The notes under the pieces: generated by a model
The model's input: only the letters and a program-made list of their open reading frames with translations
The model's database searches: none
What the model was told of the DNA's origin: nothing
Position numbers and translations under genes: made by a program
In this document: piece after piece, positions 29,547-39,957 of the stretch
Layout: each line of letters opens with the position of its first letter
How positions within the stretch are numbered: position 1 is the first letter of the stretch
DNA from: an uncultured Candidatus Bathyarchaeia archaeon
GTDB taxonomy: Archaea > Thermoproteota > Bathyarchaeia > RBG-16-48-13 > CAYPFQ01
DNA: 64,000 nucleotides
Assembly: GCA_964410135.1 (NCBI GenBank)
Contig: CAYPFQ010000002.1
Coordinates: forward strand, 3,265-67,264
Direction: 5' to 3'

Positions 29547-29855
29547 CTAGGCTTTTACGCCACTCTTCCAAGCCTTTTCAAAAGTTTCTCGGAATTCTGC
29601 GCTTTCTAGACCAAGCTTTTTCGCCGCTTTAATAAGTACCTTTTCAGGGTTTCCACCCTCTTTTACTCTAACATAAACTATCGGTTGAGCAACCAAAGGA
29701 TGAGGCAACTCGTATCCTGCGAATTCAACTGAGCGGTCTTCTAGAAGAGCCTTTTGCAGTGCGTTACAGAATGTATGTCCTTCTCCCTCGACCTCGATCC
29801 TTAACTCATTCCTTGTCTTTTTTAATACATTGATCCTCATAGAATCTTTCTCCAA
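29547..29855 (-). CDS. rpoL: DNA-directed RNA polymerase subunit L (Rpb11 homolog)
   Basis: About 100 aa with an Rpb11/RpoL-like dimerisation domain. Conserved position beside csl4. Confidence 0.75.
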   Translation of the reverse strand: MEKDSMRINVLKKTRNELRIEVEGEGHTFCNALQKALLEDRSVEFAGYELPHPLVAQPIVYVRVKEGGNPEKVLIKAAKKLGLESAEFRETFEKAWKSGVKA

Positions 29856-29860
29856 AGATT

Positions 29861-30445
29861 CTAAATTTCAGCTTCACCATAATCTGGAGCCAACTTCCTC
29901 TCCTCTAAATTTTTACAAACTTCACACTGAAGTAACCGTCCCTTTTTTAAAAGCACATTCCCACATCGTGAACAGAAGGCGTACAAAACTCCAAGATGCC
30001 CATCAACTGTGGAAAGTTGATATGCGAAATTTTTATCACTAGCGACTCTGGCTCGGATAATATCTCCTGCTTTACACGCATCAAACATTGATCTAACGTA
30101 GTTCGAACTTACTGAAGACACATGTAAGCTTCCTGTAAATGGTTTTGAGGTTATTGTTGTCTTGTTTATTTTAAAAATCTGTACTATGGCCATCTTTTCT
30201 TGAACGGATGAAACTTCACCTATTACTGTGCCCCCTTCACATGGCACAACTGGTAAGTGGACGTCTGGATATATCGCCACAGTTCTCTTAGCCGTATCTA
30301 TTGCCACTCGACCCGTGATTGATGAGTGAATTATGCCATCGTTTCTTACATATGTTCCAGGTCCTGAAATGAGCTCCTCAATCACCGCTAACCTATCTCC
30401 AGGCACTACAAATTGCCCACTTTTTCCAAGATCTTTCCTCGGCAT
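29861..30445 (-). CDS. csl4: Exosome complex RNA-binding subunit Csl4
   Basis: S1 domain plus a C-terminal zinc ribbon (CSRCG...CEVC). 194 aa. Confidence 0.8.
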   Translation of the reverse strand: MPRKDLGKSGQFVVPGDRLAVIEELISGPGTYVRNDGIIHSSITGRVAIDTAKRTVAIYPDVHLPVVPCEGGTVIGEVSSVQEKMAIVQIFKINKTTITSKPFTGSLHVSSVSSNYVRSMFDACKAGDIIRARVASDKNFAYQLSTVDGHLGVLYAFCSRCGNVLLKKGRLLQCEVCKNLEERKLAPDYGEAEI

Positions 30446-30446
30446 T

Positions 30447-31079
30447 TTACTTCCTCTTTACAATTCGATAGAGATCGACATCAACTGAATACTTTGTCTT
30501 TCTATGAAAGGCAAACATCGGCGGGATAACCAGCTTCATCTGAAATATCCCAGCAACGCTTCCTCCACATCTTTCGACGAATCTCTTTATAAACTCTCTA
30601 TTTGTGGCTCCACCTTTGTGTATGGAATAAGCAACTTCGCTTAATTCCAAGGCTTTCTTGATGAACCTTCGGTCAGCCGTCCTTTGCCTAACTCCAAACG
30701 GTGGATTCTGAATCACAGTATCACAGGAACCACATATGGCATCGATGTCGCCAACGATCCATGCACTAACATTGTGTACGCCCGCCATCTCTGCGTTTTT
30801 CTTTGCCACTTCGACTGCGAGAGCATCCACATCAACTCCCACGATCTCCTTTGCCTCAAGGATCGCGGCTCCTATTCCCAGCCGCCCGGTCCCGCATCCA
30901 AGATCAAAGACAGTCTTACCGACAATGTCCCTATACATATATGCGGCCAAGTAAAGAATCTCTGAGGCAACCTCCGATGGAATCGTATACTGTTCAAGGT
31001 AAGCCTTCGGCGACGGATGTGGCTTTAACTCAGACAATATAATTTCAAGTCTATGTTTTTGGAGCATTTTCCTTTGCAT
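30447..31079 (-). CDS. SAM-dependent RNA N6-adenine methyltransferase (METTL5-like)
   Basis: SAM motif DLGCGTG and N6-amino MTase motif NPPFG. Conserved csl4 neighbour. Confidence 0.7.
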   Translation of the reverse strand: MQRKMLQKHRLEIILSELKPHPSPKAYLEQYTIPSEVASEILYLAAYMYRDIVGKTVFDLGCGTGRLGIGAAILEAKEIVGVDVDALAVEVAKKNAEMAGVHNVSAWIVGDIDAICGSCDTVIQNPPFGVRQRTADRRFIKKALELSEVAYSIHKGGATNREFIKRFVERCGGSVAGIFQMKLVIPPMFAFHRKTKYSVDVDLYRIVKRK

Positions 31080-32052
31080 ATGCTTCCCAAGGCATCCTAC
31101 CTAACATTATAAGCGTCTCATCGGATGTTAAGACTGGCTTCTTTACCTGGATTGCGTCATCAATGGCTACTCTTGGACAAGCCGTATTAACGAAGGCATC
31201 GATCTCGCTGAATGCCAACAATTTTTCAGGAGTAATTTCTCGCATACAGATAAGAAGAGCTCTTTTTCCTCTTGTTTGTAATTCACGTTTAACTTTTGCA
31301 ACCAACTGCAGGTTTGTTTGACCCGGTTTCAAACCTATGATGATGCCAAACCTTTGTGCCTTTTTTGCTTTGCAGATAGTTGCCCAACGCTGTCTTAGTA
31401 CTTTACGTTTTAAGTTTTCAATTTCTCTGGCTTCGTTTAGGTATGGATCCGCCACGACAACTCTCTTCCCAGTAGCTAGGGCTATACCTAATGCGTGAAA
31501 ATTTCCTCCGCCTACGAATAAGAAGCCATCAGCTTCATTTGCAATCGAGTTTACAGCGGTGAAATCGCAGCCAAGAACTTGACCATCATACTTTATGTTT
31601 CCTCGAGCCTTCCCAATCAAAACAATTTTTCCCTCATCTTTTAGAATTCTCTTAACATTTTCAAGCTCGTGAATATGTTGGATCGTAGTGGCGACACCTA
31701 TTCGTCTTAAGTTAGCGAGGAATGGTAGGGCTTTTTTTATTGCTTTTGTCATGTCTTCCTTTACCCTAGCCTCTAGGTAGACTGTTGGAATTTTTGCTGG
31801 AAAGACAGAAGGAGTGTGTCCATAATGTACTATCAAATCTGCCCTCATCTGCTCTGCATCGCTAAAAGCCACATCGCAAGCCCCATAGCACGGATCGGCT
31901 GACACCACAACCTCTACACCAGCCTTATTTTCAAGAAAACGAGCTAACCGAAATCCCTCTTGTTTTAATCCATCTGGGAGTTGAATTAGGACCCGATGAG
32001 CACGACGATCTACGACTTCTCTAACTAACCTCTTCTCTTCTAGATCGTACAA
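31051..32052 (-). CDS. dph2: 2-(3-amino-3-carboxypropyl)histidine synthase Dph2 (diphthamide biosynthesis)
   Basis: 333 aa with the conserved Cys pattern (DPCYGACD). Matches the HYGHT block of archaeal Dph2. Confidence 0.75.
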   Translation of the reverse strand: MYDLEEKRLVREVVDRRAHRVLIQLPDGLKQEGFRLARFLENKAGVEVVVSADPCYGACDVAFSDAEQMRADLIVHYGHTPSVFPAKIPTVYLEARVKEDMTKAIKKALPFLANLRRIGVATTIQHIHELENVKRILKDEGKIVLIGKARGNIKYDGQVLGCDFTAVNSIANEADGFLFVGGGNFHALGIALATGKRVVVADPYLNEAREIENLKRKVLRQRWATICKAKKAQRFGIIIGLKPGQTNLQLVAKVKRELQTRGKRALLICMREITPEKLLAFSEIDAFVNTACPRVAIDDAIQVKKPVLTSDETLIMLGRMPWEAYAKENAPKT

Positions 32053-32075
32053 AATCCGTCAAGCCACCAAGGGGG

Positions 32076-32576
32076 TTAGGCGGCGATTTTTTTAACTTCA
32101 ATTTTGCAGGGAGTTGGAAGCTTACTAAATCCCTGCATAAGTGCTTCCTTAGCCGCTTCAACAGCGTCCGCATTGATCTCTGCGGTCATAATTGGCTGAT
32201 TAATTCTAACTCTAGCCGCAGTACCAATTGGAACTCCAAACGACTTCCTCATTCCCTCTTGGATCCGGTCAGCTCCTGCGAAAGCCATCATCTTATTTTC
32301 TCTTAGTACCTGATGAGGGTACACTTTGACTCTCAAGCGATATCCTGTTTCCCCAAGTTTATCGAAAAGTACCTTGTTAACTGCAACGCGAGCTGCCTCT
32401 AATGCGTTATGGCGAATTTGGACATCTCTGAGGGCGGTCATTGAGACCTTGTAATCAAACTTTCCTTTCAGGTTTCCCATGGTATGCTTGCTTAGTCGAG
32501 GTGGAGGGACTCCATGAATATACTCTCTCCTAGTATATGCTGAGCCTTTAATGCGACGGTATTCACTGCCCTTCAT
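32076..32576 (-). CDS. rpl10e: 50S ribosomal protein L10e (uL16)
   Basis: 166 aa, typical L10e sequence (RIKGSAYTRREYIHG...). Confidence 0.9.
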   Translation of the reverse strand: MKGSEYRRIKGSAYTRREYIHGVPPPRLSKHTMGNLKGKFDYKVSMTALRDVQIRHNALEAARVAVNKVLFDKLGETGYRLRVKVYPHQVLRENKMMAFAGADRIQEGMRKSFGVPIGTAARVRINQPIMTAEINADAVEAAKEALMQGFSKLPTPCKIEVKKIAA

Positions 32577-32675
32577 AATGGTAAACCTCCACTACACTTC
32601 GCCAACATACGTCTTATTAGCGTTATTTAAACTTTGATTGAGCTGCAGGCGGCAGTTTTTTATTGAGTGAGGCGT

Positions 32676-32684
32676 TTATAAAAT
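32676..32684 (+). promoter_or_regulatory. Candidate TATA box (TTTATAAAA) for ppsA
   Basis: Purine-rich BRE-like context. About 50 nt upstream of the ppsA TTG start, within the 150-nt divergent intergenic region. Confidence 0.4.
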
Positions 32685-32725
32685 TTAGAATCTGTAACAA
32701 CTCATGCTAAATATGGTGTAATCTG

Positions 32726-35113
32726 TTGGGTCTATTTGTTAAATGGTTCGACGAAATCACCAAGGCAGATATAGCGATAGCTGGGGGGAAAGGTGCAAAC
32801 CTAGGCGAAATGCTACGGGCAGGCATATCGGTTCCACTAGGATTTGCCGTTACCGCAGAAGCCTACAAGGAATTTATCAATTCCTCTGGTCTCGCCAACA
32901 AAATCAACACTACCTTGGCAAAAGTTAATGTGGACAATGCGAAAGAACTGGAGAGAACGGCGGAGGATATCCAGAAACTAATTCTTAAACAAAAGGTTCC
33001 TACTGCTATCCAAAAAGAAATTGAGACGGGCTACAAGGATCTGTGCAAAAAACTTGGAGAGGCGGTTCCAGTAGCCGTTAGGTCTTCGGCGACAGCAGAA
33101 GATATGCCGGAGGCCTCCTTTGCAGGTCAGCAGTCCACATTCCTGAATATCTCAGGCGCTAGTTCTGTGGTAGAACATGTTCACAAATGCTGGGCGTCGC
33201 TTTTTACTCCTAGGGCAATCTTCTATAGAGAGAAAAATAACATTGACCATTCAAAAGTATTCATGTCTGTTGCAGTTCAGTTAATGGTTCAAGCAGAAGC
33301 TTCTGGGGTGATTTTCACCGTTCATCCAACTACCAGTGAAAGGGATAAAATTGTCATCGAGTCAAGTTGGGGGCTTGGTGAGAGCATAGTTTCAGGGGAT
33401 GTCACACCTGACAGATTTGTTATCGATAAAAAAAATTTCAAGATTCTTGAAAAGCAGATCTCAGATAAGAAAGATAGCATTCGGATTAGAGATGTCAAAA
33501 CTGGGAAGACTATAAAGGTCCCAGCGCCGAAAGATAAGGTTTCAGCACAATCGTTACCAGACGACCTAGTAGTCGAAGTTGCTAAAACTGGAAAGCTGAT
33601 CGAAGACCACTACAAGTTTCCACAGGACATCGAATGGGCTATCGAAAAAGGTAAGATCCATATACTCCAATCACGACCAGTAACCGCCTTCTTCGGCGAA
33701 GCTAAACCATCTGCGCCAATTCCTAAGACCGAGGAAAAGACGGTAGAAGAAATATTAGTGAGAGGACTGGGTGCTAGTCCAGGAATAGGTATAGGCCCAG
33801 TTAATGTTGTGATGGATGTCAAATTCATAGACAAAGTACGCCAAAAAGATGTTCTCGTAACCAAAATGACCAACCCTGACTGGGTGCCTGCTATGCGAAA
33901 GGCATCAGCCATAGTGACTGATGACGGCGGCATGACATGTCATGCCGCTATTGTGTCTAGAGAAATGGGTATTCCATGTATTGTTGGAGCGAGAGTCGCC
34001 ACAGCCACCTTAAGCAAATACCAAGGTGAAACTATCACGGTTGACGGCAGTCACGGAGTTGTGTTCAAAGGCGTCCGTAAAGTTGAGGAGGCAGTAGTTG
34101 CTCCAACTACAACGGTCGCTTCAACCGCAGCAATAGCACACCTACCAGTAACGGCTACAAAAGTCTATGTAAACTTATCAATTCCCGAACTCGCGGAAAA
34201 AGTATTCAAAGAAACCCATCCAGATGGCGTTGGCCTGCTAAGAGCCGAACACATGCTGCTCGGAATAGGTAAACACCCAAGAAGACTAATCGAAGAAGGC
34301 GGAGGACAAAAGATGATCGACGCTTTCGCGGAGGGGGTTCGAAAAGTCGCTGAGCCTTTTTATCCAAAACCAATCGTCTATCGGTTCCTCGATTTCAAGC
34401 CAGACGAATTTCTTGGTCTTGAGGGCGGAGAAATCGAGAAAGAATTGGGACATGTAGGACCAAACCCACTAATCGGTTATAGAGGGGCCTTCAGATACAG
34501 AAAAGAACCGGAGATCTTCAGGCTAGAGTGCCGCGCTATCAGAAAAGTTCGAGATGAGTATGGCTTAAAGAATGTGTGGGTAATGGTTCCCTTTGTCAGG
34601 AACTTGTTAGATCTAACCGACACTAAGAAGATTATGGAAGAGGAAGGACTCAGACGCGGCTCCGACTTTAAACTTTGGATAATGGTAGAAGTTCCAAACA
34701 CTGTCTTCTTAATCGATAAATTCATAGAAGCAGGGATTGATGGCATCTCATTTGGAACAAACGATTTGACGATGTTGATACTTGGAATTGATCGTGACGA
34801 TGCCAGCATCGCTGAAATTTACGATGAGAGAGACCCAGGGGTTTTACGCGCATTAGCTCATACAATTAAAATGTGCAACGAGCATGGGGTAACCACCTCT
34901 ATCTGTGGACAGGCGCCATCCGTTTACCCTGAATACTGCGAGTTTCTAGTGCGGCAAGGCGCAACAAGTGTAAGTGTTAACCCCGACGCTGTAATCACTA
35001 CGAGGAAGATGATAGCATCCATTGAGCAGAAGATTCTTCTTGAAGGAATGACGCGGAGTAAGCGAGCAGAGAAGAAACCATGGAAACTCGAGTGGGAATC
35101 TGAGGAAAAATAA
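32726..35113 (+). CDS. ppsA: Phosphoenolpyruvate synthase (pyruvate, water dikinase)
   Basis: 795 aa with an ATP-grasp N-terminus, phosphohistidine domain (GGMTCHAAIVSRE) and PEP-utilising C-terminus. Confidence 0.9.
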   Translation: MGLFVKWFDEITKADIAIAGGKGANLGEMLRAGISVPLGFAVTAEAYKEFINSSGLANKINTTLAKVNVDNAKELERTAEDIQKLILKQKVPTAIQKEIETGYKDLCKKLGEAVPVAVRSSATAEDMPEASFAGQQSTFLNISGASSVVEHVHKCWASLFTPRAIFYREKNNIDHSKVFMSVAVQLMVQAEASGVIFTVHPTTSERDKIVIESSWGLGESIVSGDVTPDRFVIDKKNFKILEKQISDKKDSIRIRDVKTGKTIKVPAPKDKVSAQSLPDDLVVEVAKTGKLIEDHYKFPQDIEWAIEKGKIHILQSRPVTAFFGEAKPSAPIPKTEEKTVEEILVRGLGASPGIGIGPVNVVMDVKFIDKVRQKDVLVTKMTNPDWVPAMRKASAIVTDDGGMTCHAAIVSREMGIPCIVGARVATATLSKYQGETITVDGSHGVVFKGVRKVEEAVVAPTTTVASTAAIAHLPVTATKVYVNLSIPELAEKVFKETHPDGVGLLRAEHMLLGIGKHPRRLIEEGGGQKMIDAFAEGVRKVAEPFYPKPIVYRFLDFKPDEFLGLEGGEIEKELGHVGPNPLIGYRGAFRYRKEPEIFRLECRAIRKVRDEYGLKNVWVMVPFVRNLLDLTDTKKIMEEEGLRRGSDFKLWIMVEVPNTVFLIDKFIEAGIDGISFGTNDLTMLILGIDRDDASIAEIYDERDPGVLRALAHTIKMCNEHGVTTSICGQAPSVYPEYCEFLVRQGATSVSVNPDAVITTRKMIASIEQKILLEGMTRSKRAEKKPWKLEWESEEK

Positions 35114-35122
35114 GCAGAATCG

Positions 35123-35953
35123 TTATTTTTCACTCAGTTTTTCATGAATCGCGTTTGATAGAGCGCCAAGGTCTTCGGGAGCTAGCTGTTCTACTCTGCT
35201 TTCAAGAAATGGAAGCGTGGCAATGAACTCCTTGCTACCCATCTTTGGGATGGCAATTTCACGGCAAAATACTCTAAGTGCTTTTCTGACCTTTCTACTG
35301 CGCTGCGTAAACAATGTGCGGACCACGTCTGAGAAAAGCTTCGCATCAAGAACCTCAAATGGGGGCTCTCTAGGTTTAAAGCGCACAATATAAGAGGATA
35401 CTTTTGGCTTTGGGTAGAACGCACTCTCTGGCAAACAATCAAGCAACTCCATGTCTGCGTAATAGTAGACCATCACAGTCAATCTGCCATAATCTTCGGT
35501 TCCCTTTTGAGCAACAAGGCGCTTTGCAAACTCCTCTTGGAACGTTAAAATTCCAACATCAAATCTCTTCTCCAACAATCTGAATATGAGCGGTGAGGAG
35601 ATTGCGTATGGTGGATTTGAAACAACCTTATTGAACTCTGGAATCTTTATTTTAAGAAAGTCTCCATGGATGGTTTCAACGTTTTCAAGAGTGCTAATGC
35701 GTTCATTTAAGATTCCAAAGAGCTTTGGGTCTTTTTCAATGGCGATAACCTTTCTAGTCTTCTCTGCAAGGATCTCTGTCAGGAAGCCAAGCCCTGCACC
35801 GATCTCGAGTATGGAGTCGCTTTGTTTTAGCTCCGCATACTTGCCCATCTTCATTAACGATGCATCATCAACCATGAAGCTTTGTCCGAGTCTTTTTCGG
35901 GGTCTAATATTGTATTGATGGAGAAGTCTCTTTGTTTCGTCTAGAATCTTCAT
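35123..35953 (-). CDS. rsmA: 16S rRNA (adenine1518/1519-N6)-dimethyltransferase KsgA/Dim1
   Basis: SAM motif LEIGAGLG and NPPY motif VVSNPPYAISS. Confidence 0.85.
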   Translation of the reverse strand: MKILDETKRLLHQYNIRPRKRLGQSFMVDDASLMKMGKYAELKQSDSILEIGAGLGFLTEILAEKTRKVIAIEKDPKLFGILNERISTLENVETIHGDFLKIKIPEFNKVVSNPPYAISSPLIFRLLEKRFDVGILTFQEEFAKRLVAQKGTEDYGRLTVMVYYYADMELLDCLPESAFYPKPKVSSYIVRFKPREPPFEVLDAKLFSDVVRTLFTQRSRKVRKALRVFCREIAIPKMGSKEFIATLPFLESRVEQLAPEDLGALSNAIHEKLSEK

Positions 35954-35972
35954 TCTTAACCACGTTTCAAAA

Positions 35973-36545
35973 CTATGGTATGCGGGTGAAGATGCGGTAC
36001 TTGGTCTCTCCCATTAGTTCTTCTAAAATTCTTTTTGTAATGAGTTTCGCTGGGTCTGGGATTTCAGTACGTGTCTGGAGGTCCGTAAAACTCTCAAACG
36101 GTTTCTTTTCCCGCTGATTTAAGATCTGCCACATATACTTCTTTCCTATTCCAGGGATGAGTTCTAGTGCATGCATCCTAGGGGTTACAGCTTGTGAATT
36201 GTTGAAAAAATCTACGGCCCTCTTTTCTTGGGTTTTAACCATCTCCTCGATTATTATGGGTAGCTCGCTTTTTGCTGCTGAAGTTAGCTCATCGTAACTT
36301 ACACGCCCTTTTATATTTTCGATTTTCTCTCTGGAATCTTTTCCAACATAAACTCGTTCATGCGATGTGAATGTTGCACCCACTCTTACAACAGCTTCAA
36401 GTAGAGTGAAATATGCTTCCCCGACTACTTGGACTATGGGCTCAGCTTTAAATGCCTGTCTCCCACTGCTTGGGCGGCCCTGTGGAAGGTAGTCTAGCAC
36501 GTAGGCGTACTCTTCATACTTTTTCTTTTCCATGGTTTCCCTCAC
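35973..36545 (-). CDS. DUF655 family RNA-binding protein (COG1491)
   Basis: N-terminal EEYAYVLDYLP with S1-like and HhH regions. Conserved ksgA/rpoF neighbour. Confidence 0.6.
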   Translation of the reverse strand: MRETMEKKKYEEYAYVLDYLPQGRPSSGRQAFKAEPIVQVVGEAYFTLLEAVVRVGATFTSHERVYVGKDSREKIENIKGRVSYDELTSAAKSELPIIIEEMVKTQEKRAVDFFNNSQAVTPRMHALELIPGIGKKYMWQILNQREKKPFESFTDLQTRTEIPDPAKLITKRILEELMGETKYRIFTRIP

Positions 36546-36574
36546 TTATCGCTTAGATAACGCCTAGAAATTAT

Positions 36575-36910
36575 CTATTTTCTAAACTCGTCAAGAACCT
36601 TTAACATAGCTTCCAGTTGAGTAGTTCCTATAATTCTCCGTCTCGCCGTAGCAAAGAACGGTCGTAGTTCCTCAATACTTTTCGGCATAGAATTAACTAT
36701 TTGAACTGCTTCAACTTTGTCGATACCGAATTTCTCAGTGAGCGTGCTGATAAGCTCCTCCGCCTTCTTATTATCGATCTTCGAAAACTTCTTTACATAG
36801 TCTAAGGTTATACGTTGGAACTGATCTAGCTGATCCTCTCCTCTCTCTTCTAGAATCTTCTTAACCTCAGCTATTGTGATAGGCTTCTCTGACAAGATTT
36901 TCTTCGGCAT
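36575..36910 (-). CDS. rpoF: RNA polymerase subunit F (Rpb4 homolog)
   Basis: 111-aa helical protein in the conserved L21e-RpoF-DUF655-KsgA arrangement. Confidence 0.65.
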   Translation of the reverse strand: MPKKILSEKPITIAEVKKILEERGEDQLDQFQRITLDYVKKFSKIDNKKAEELISTLTEKFGIDKVEAVQIVNSMPKSIEELRPFFATARRRIIGTTQLEAMLKVLDEFRK

Positions 36911-36924
36911 GCTGGATCCCCTGC

Positions 36925-37215
36925 TTAATCATATGGTCTAAGGTGTTCAGGACGCGAGATTACTGTCTTCCTCTTTCCTCCCTCTTGTACTGCAACGCAA
37001 TAAGAACGTCCCCTCTTCTCAGTTATAACTCCCACTTTTCCATGAAATCGGCGGTGCGGCATTCCTTTATGGGTGCTTGAATTAATTAGGAGTACTACTC
37101 TGTCTCCTGGGTTGTATGCTTGGAGCAAACTGCTTAACGCTTGTGTCCCCCCCTCCCTGGAAGGCTTCTTAAGAAGTGCCCTAGTCTTAGCACGGTATCC
37201 CTTTGATTTTCCCAT
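36925..37215 (-). CDS. rpl21e: 50S ribosomal protein L21e
   Basis: KSKGYRAKTR...HKGMPHRRFHGKVG signature. Start taken at the internal Met. Confidence 0.85.
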   Translation of the reverse strand: MGKSKGYRAKTRALLKKPSREGGTQALSSLLQAYNPGDRVVLLINSSTHKGMPHRRFHGKVGVITEKRGRSYCVAVQEGGKRKTVISRPEHLRPYD

Positions 37216-37286
37216 AAAACTCCTCCAAAACAAACCCTTAGCTAACGAGCTTCAAGTTTTTTGGCTTGCCCTTTATATGTACTTTT

Positions 37287-38621
37287 CTAAGTAAATCCAC
37301 GCATCATTTTGCCAAAGATAGGAGATCGCTGCCGCATAATCTTCTTCATAATCTTCTTCATGGCGAAAAATTGATTGGTAAGTTCTTTCACATCCCGCTC
37401 ATTAACTCCTGCGCCACGGGCTATCCGACGGATCCTTGAAGAATTGAGTAGTTGAGGGTTTTCCCGCTCCTCCCTAGTCATAGACTGGATGATAAACCGC
37501 CATCTCCGCATTTTCTCCTCAGCTACATCTATTTTATCGTCAGGCAGATTATAGCTAAATCCTGGAACCATTTTCATAATACGTTTTAGAGATCCCATCT
37601 TTTGCATAGCTTCAAACTGCTCATACATGTCCTCTAACGAGAATTTTCCACTCATCATTGCCCGAGCCTTCTTCTCAGGAACTTTAACTTCAGCTTCTTT
37701 GACTTTTTCAATTAGGCTCGCTAAATCACCCATCCCTAAGAGCCTTCCTACAAACCGCGGAGGATCAAAGAGCTCAATATTGTCAATTTTTTCCCCAGTT
37801 CCGATGAATTTGATCGGCGCCCCGGTCGCCGCTACAGCCGAGAGGGCGCCGCCTCCCCTAGCTGATCCATCAAGTTTGGCGACAAAAATTGAACCAATAT
37901 TAGTAGCTTCATTAAACGCCTTGGCCTGCGCAAAAGCCTGTTGACCGATCGTCCCATCAATTACTAGGGTTACTTCATCCGGCTCCACTTTTTTTATCAG
38001 TTGCTTCATCTCTTCAATCAAGCTTTTCTCGTCTTTATGTCTGCCAGCAGTGTCAATAACAATCAAGTCATATTTCTCGGATCTAAACTCCTCAACACCT
38101 TGTAAGGCTACCTCCACGGAATCTTTCTCTTTTTCTTTTCCATAAACCGAAACTCCAACAGAGCTTGCTAGCTGTCTTAGTTGAGCATAAGCCCCCGGTC
38201 TGTAGGTATCGGCGCAGACAAGCGCTGCCTTCAATCCTCTTTTTTTGAAAAACCTAGCTAATTTGGCCGCACTCGTAGTTTTTCCCGAGCCCTGTATACC
38301 AACGAGCATCAAAACATTGGTTTTTCCAGTCTCAATAGGTAGGGCTGCAGGTTTCTCTCCAAGAAACCGCGTTAACTCTTCATAAACAACTTTTACGACA
38401 TGGTCGCATCTTGAAATACCTGATGGCAGTTTTTCTTCTAAGGCACGGCTTTCAATGTTCTTTGACAGCTCTAATACTAGGTGAACATTAACATCAGCCT
38501 GTAATAGTGCTCGCTGGATGTCTTTGACGAGTTCCTTAACAACCTTCTCATCTACGACAGGAGCTCGTATAATCTTCCGTAACGCCTCGTAAAGCGATGA
38601 GCCAAGTTTATCAATAGCCAC
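37287..38621 (-). CDS. srp54: Signal recognition particle protein SRP54
   Basis: N domain, G domain ([14 protein letters not shown]), and a Met-rich M domain. Confidence 0.95.
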   Translation of the reverse strand: MAIDKLGSSLYEALRKIIRAPVVDEKVVKELVKDIQRALLQADVNVHLVLELSKNIESRALEEKLPSGISRCDHVVKVVYEELTRFLGEKPAALPIETGKTNVLMLVGIQGSGKTTSAAKLARFFKKRGLKAALVCADTYRPGAYAQLRQLASSVGVSVYGKEKEKDSVEVALQGVEEFRSEKYDLIVIDTAGRHKDEKSLIEEMKQLIKKVEPDEVTLVIDGTIGQQAFAQAKAFNEATNIGSIFVAKLDGSARGGGALSAVAATGAPIKFIGTGEKIDNIELFDPPRFVGRLLGMGDLASLIEKVKEAEVKVPEKKARAMMSGKFSLEDMYEQFEAMQKMGSLKRIMKMVPGFSYNLPDDKIDVAEEKMRRWRFIIQSMTREERENPQLLNSSRIRRIARGAGVNERDVKELTNQFFAMKKIMKKIMRQRSPIFGKMMRGFT

Positions 38622-38755
38622 AGGATTCGACTTCCTTTACTAACCACTTCCAAGAGTGGGTTCTCTCTCTTAAACATTGATTGCTTTATGACAAACTTTT
38701 TTGCTAAGAGCCATTTTTAAATTAATTAGTAATCATGGAAAGAGGAATTGCACAC

Positions 38756-39502
38756 ATGTCGAGCATAATCAAAATCATCGAAGAAAAGCCAATTCCCAGT
38801 CAGCCGATAGTCATCAATGGTCTGCCTGATGTTGGATTGGTAGGCGTGATAGCTGTTTCAGAAATGATCTCCTCGCTTAACATGGAGGAAGTAGCCAAAG
38901 TTGAGTCAGAGCTTCTTCCACCAATAATTGTTCTGCATAAAGGATTGCCCTATGCGCCTATCCGATTTTTTAATAAAAATAACCTCATGGCATTAGTTTC
39001 AGAAATAGCACTACCGAGCCTATCCGTTTTTCCAATGGCAAGCGAAATTGTAAACTGGGCTCGTCAGAAAAAGGCGAAGCTGATGATTTCGCTGGGTGGA
39101 ATAGCCGAGCCAAATAGACAAAACATAGAAAGCCCCAAAGTCTTCGGGGCGGCTTCGACCCCTACTACACTAAAAAATCTCGAAGACCACGGAATAGAGA
39201 TCCTAGGCGAAGGATACCTAGTAGGCGCTTACGCACTTATACTGAAAAATTGCGCCGAAATGAAAATAGATTCTATCGCACTACTTGCACAATCCTTCTA
39301 TAACTATCCAGATCCAGAAGCCGCAGCCGCCGTACTAACGCAACTAAACAAGATCCTTAACCTAAAAATTGATGTCACAGATCTGTTGAAAAAAGGTGAA
39401 CAAATCCGATTGAAAGCCAGAGATGTTATGAAACGCACCCAAATGGAAATGGAACGTATGAGCAAAGCGCAGGAATACGCATCTCCCCCATTATATGTAT
39501 AA
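38756..39502 (+). CDS. PAC2-family protein (second paralog)
   Basis: PAC2 N-terminal signature IVINGLPDVGLVG. Start taken at the internal Met. Confidence 0.65.
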   Translation: MSSIIKIIEEKPIPSQPIVINGLPDVGLVGVIAVSEMISSLNMEEVAKVESELLPPIIVLHKGLPYAPIRFFNKNNLMALVSEIALPSLSVFPMASEIVNWARQKKAKLMISLGGIAEPNRQNIESPKVFGAASTPTTLKNLEDHGIEILGEGYLVGAYALILKNCAEMKIDSIALLAQSFYNYPDPEAAAAVLTQLNKILNLKIDVTDLLKKGEQIRLKARDVMKRTQMEMERMSKAQEYASPPLYV

Positions 39503-39515
39503 AAATGGTGAACAT

Positions 39516-39944
39516 ATGGCAAAAAGGAAGTCCTCGTTTGTAGATGTGATCGCGGGGTACATCGACGAGCTTGAACGCGTAGCCAATCAAATTCTTGAGA
39601 GCAGATACCCTGAAAAACCAAGCTGGGACATAGCCAAATCAGTCCTAGAGCCCTTAACCAACGTCTTTGTGACAGTTGGAGAAGTCGTCATCACCGCCGA
39701 CCTCCCATGTGTAAATACGGCGGCGATTAGTGTCAAAGCAGTAGGACCAAATGTTATTGAAATAAAGGCAAATACAATCCGCAAAATTAGCTTCAGCGAA
39801 TTTGGAATCACTCATAGAAAAGGAGAGTTCTCAGGTTTCTACTCACAAGTGTCGATCCCGGTTCCAGTTGATATGAGAAAGATGAGCATTACTTGTAAAC
39901 GAAGTGTACTTGAGATACGTATTCCAAGGAAGCCGACTCCATAG
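39516..39944 (+). CDS. Hsp20/alpha-crystallin-like small protein
   Basis: Alpha-crystallin-like beta-sandwich segment (VITADLPCV...IEIKA...LEIRIP). Divergent overall, so the family call is tentative. Confidence 0.45.
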   Translation: MAKRKSSFVDVIAGYIDELERVANQILESRYPEKPSWDIAKSVLEPLTNVFVTVGEVVITADLPCVNTAAISVKAVGPNVIEIKANTIRKISFSEFGITHRKGEFSGFYSQVSIPVPVDMRKMSITCKRSVLEIRIPRKPTP

Positions 39945-39957
39945 GTGTAGAAGAGAA

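Noticed and set aside
33610-35133. Several 60-110-aa minus-strand ORFs inside ppsA
   Set aside because: Antisense to an 795-aa gene with full-length domain support.
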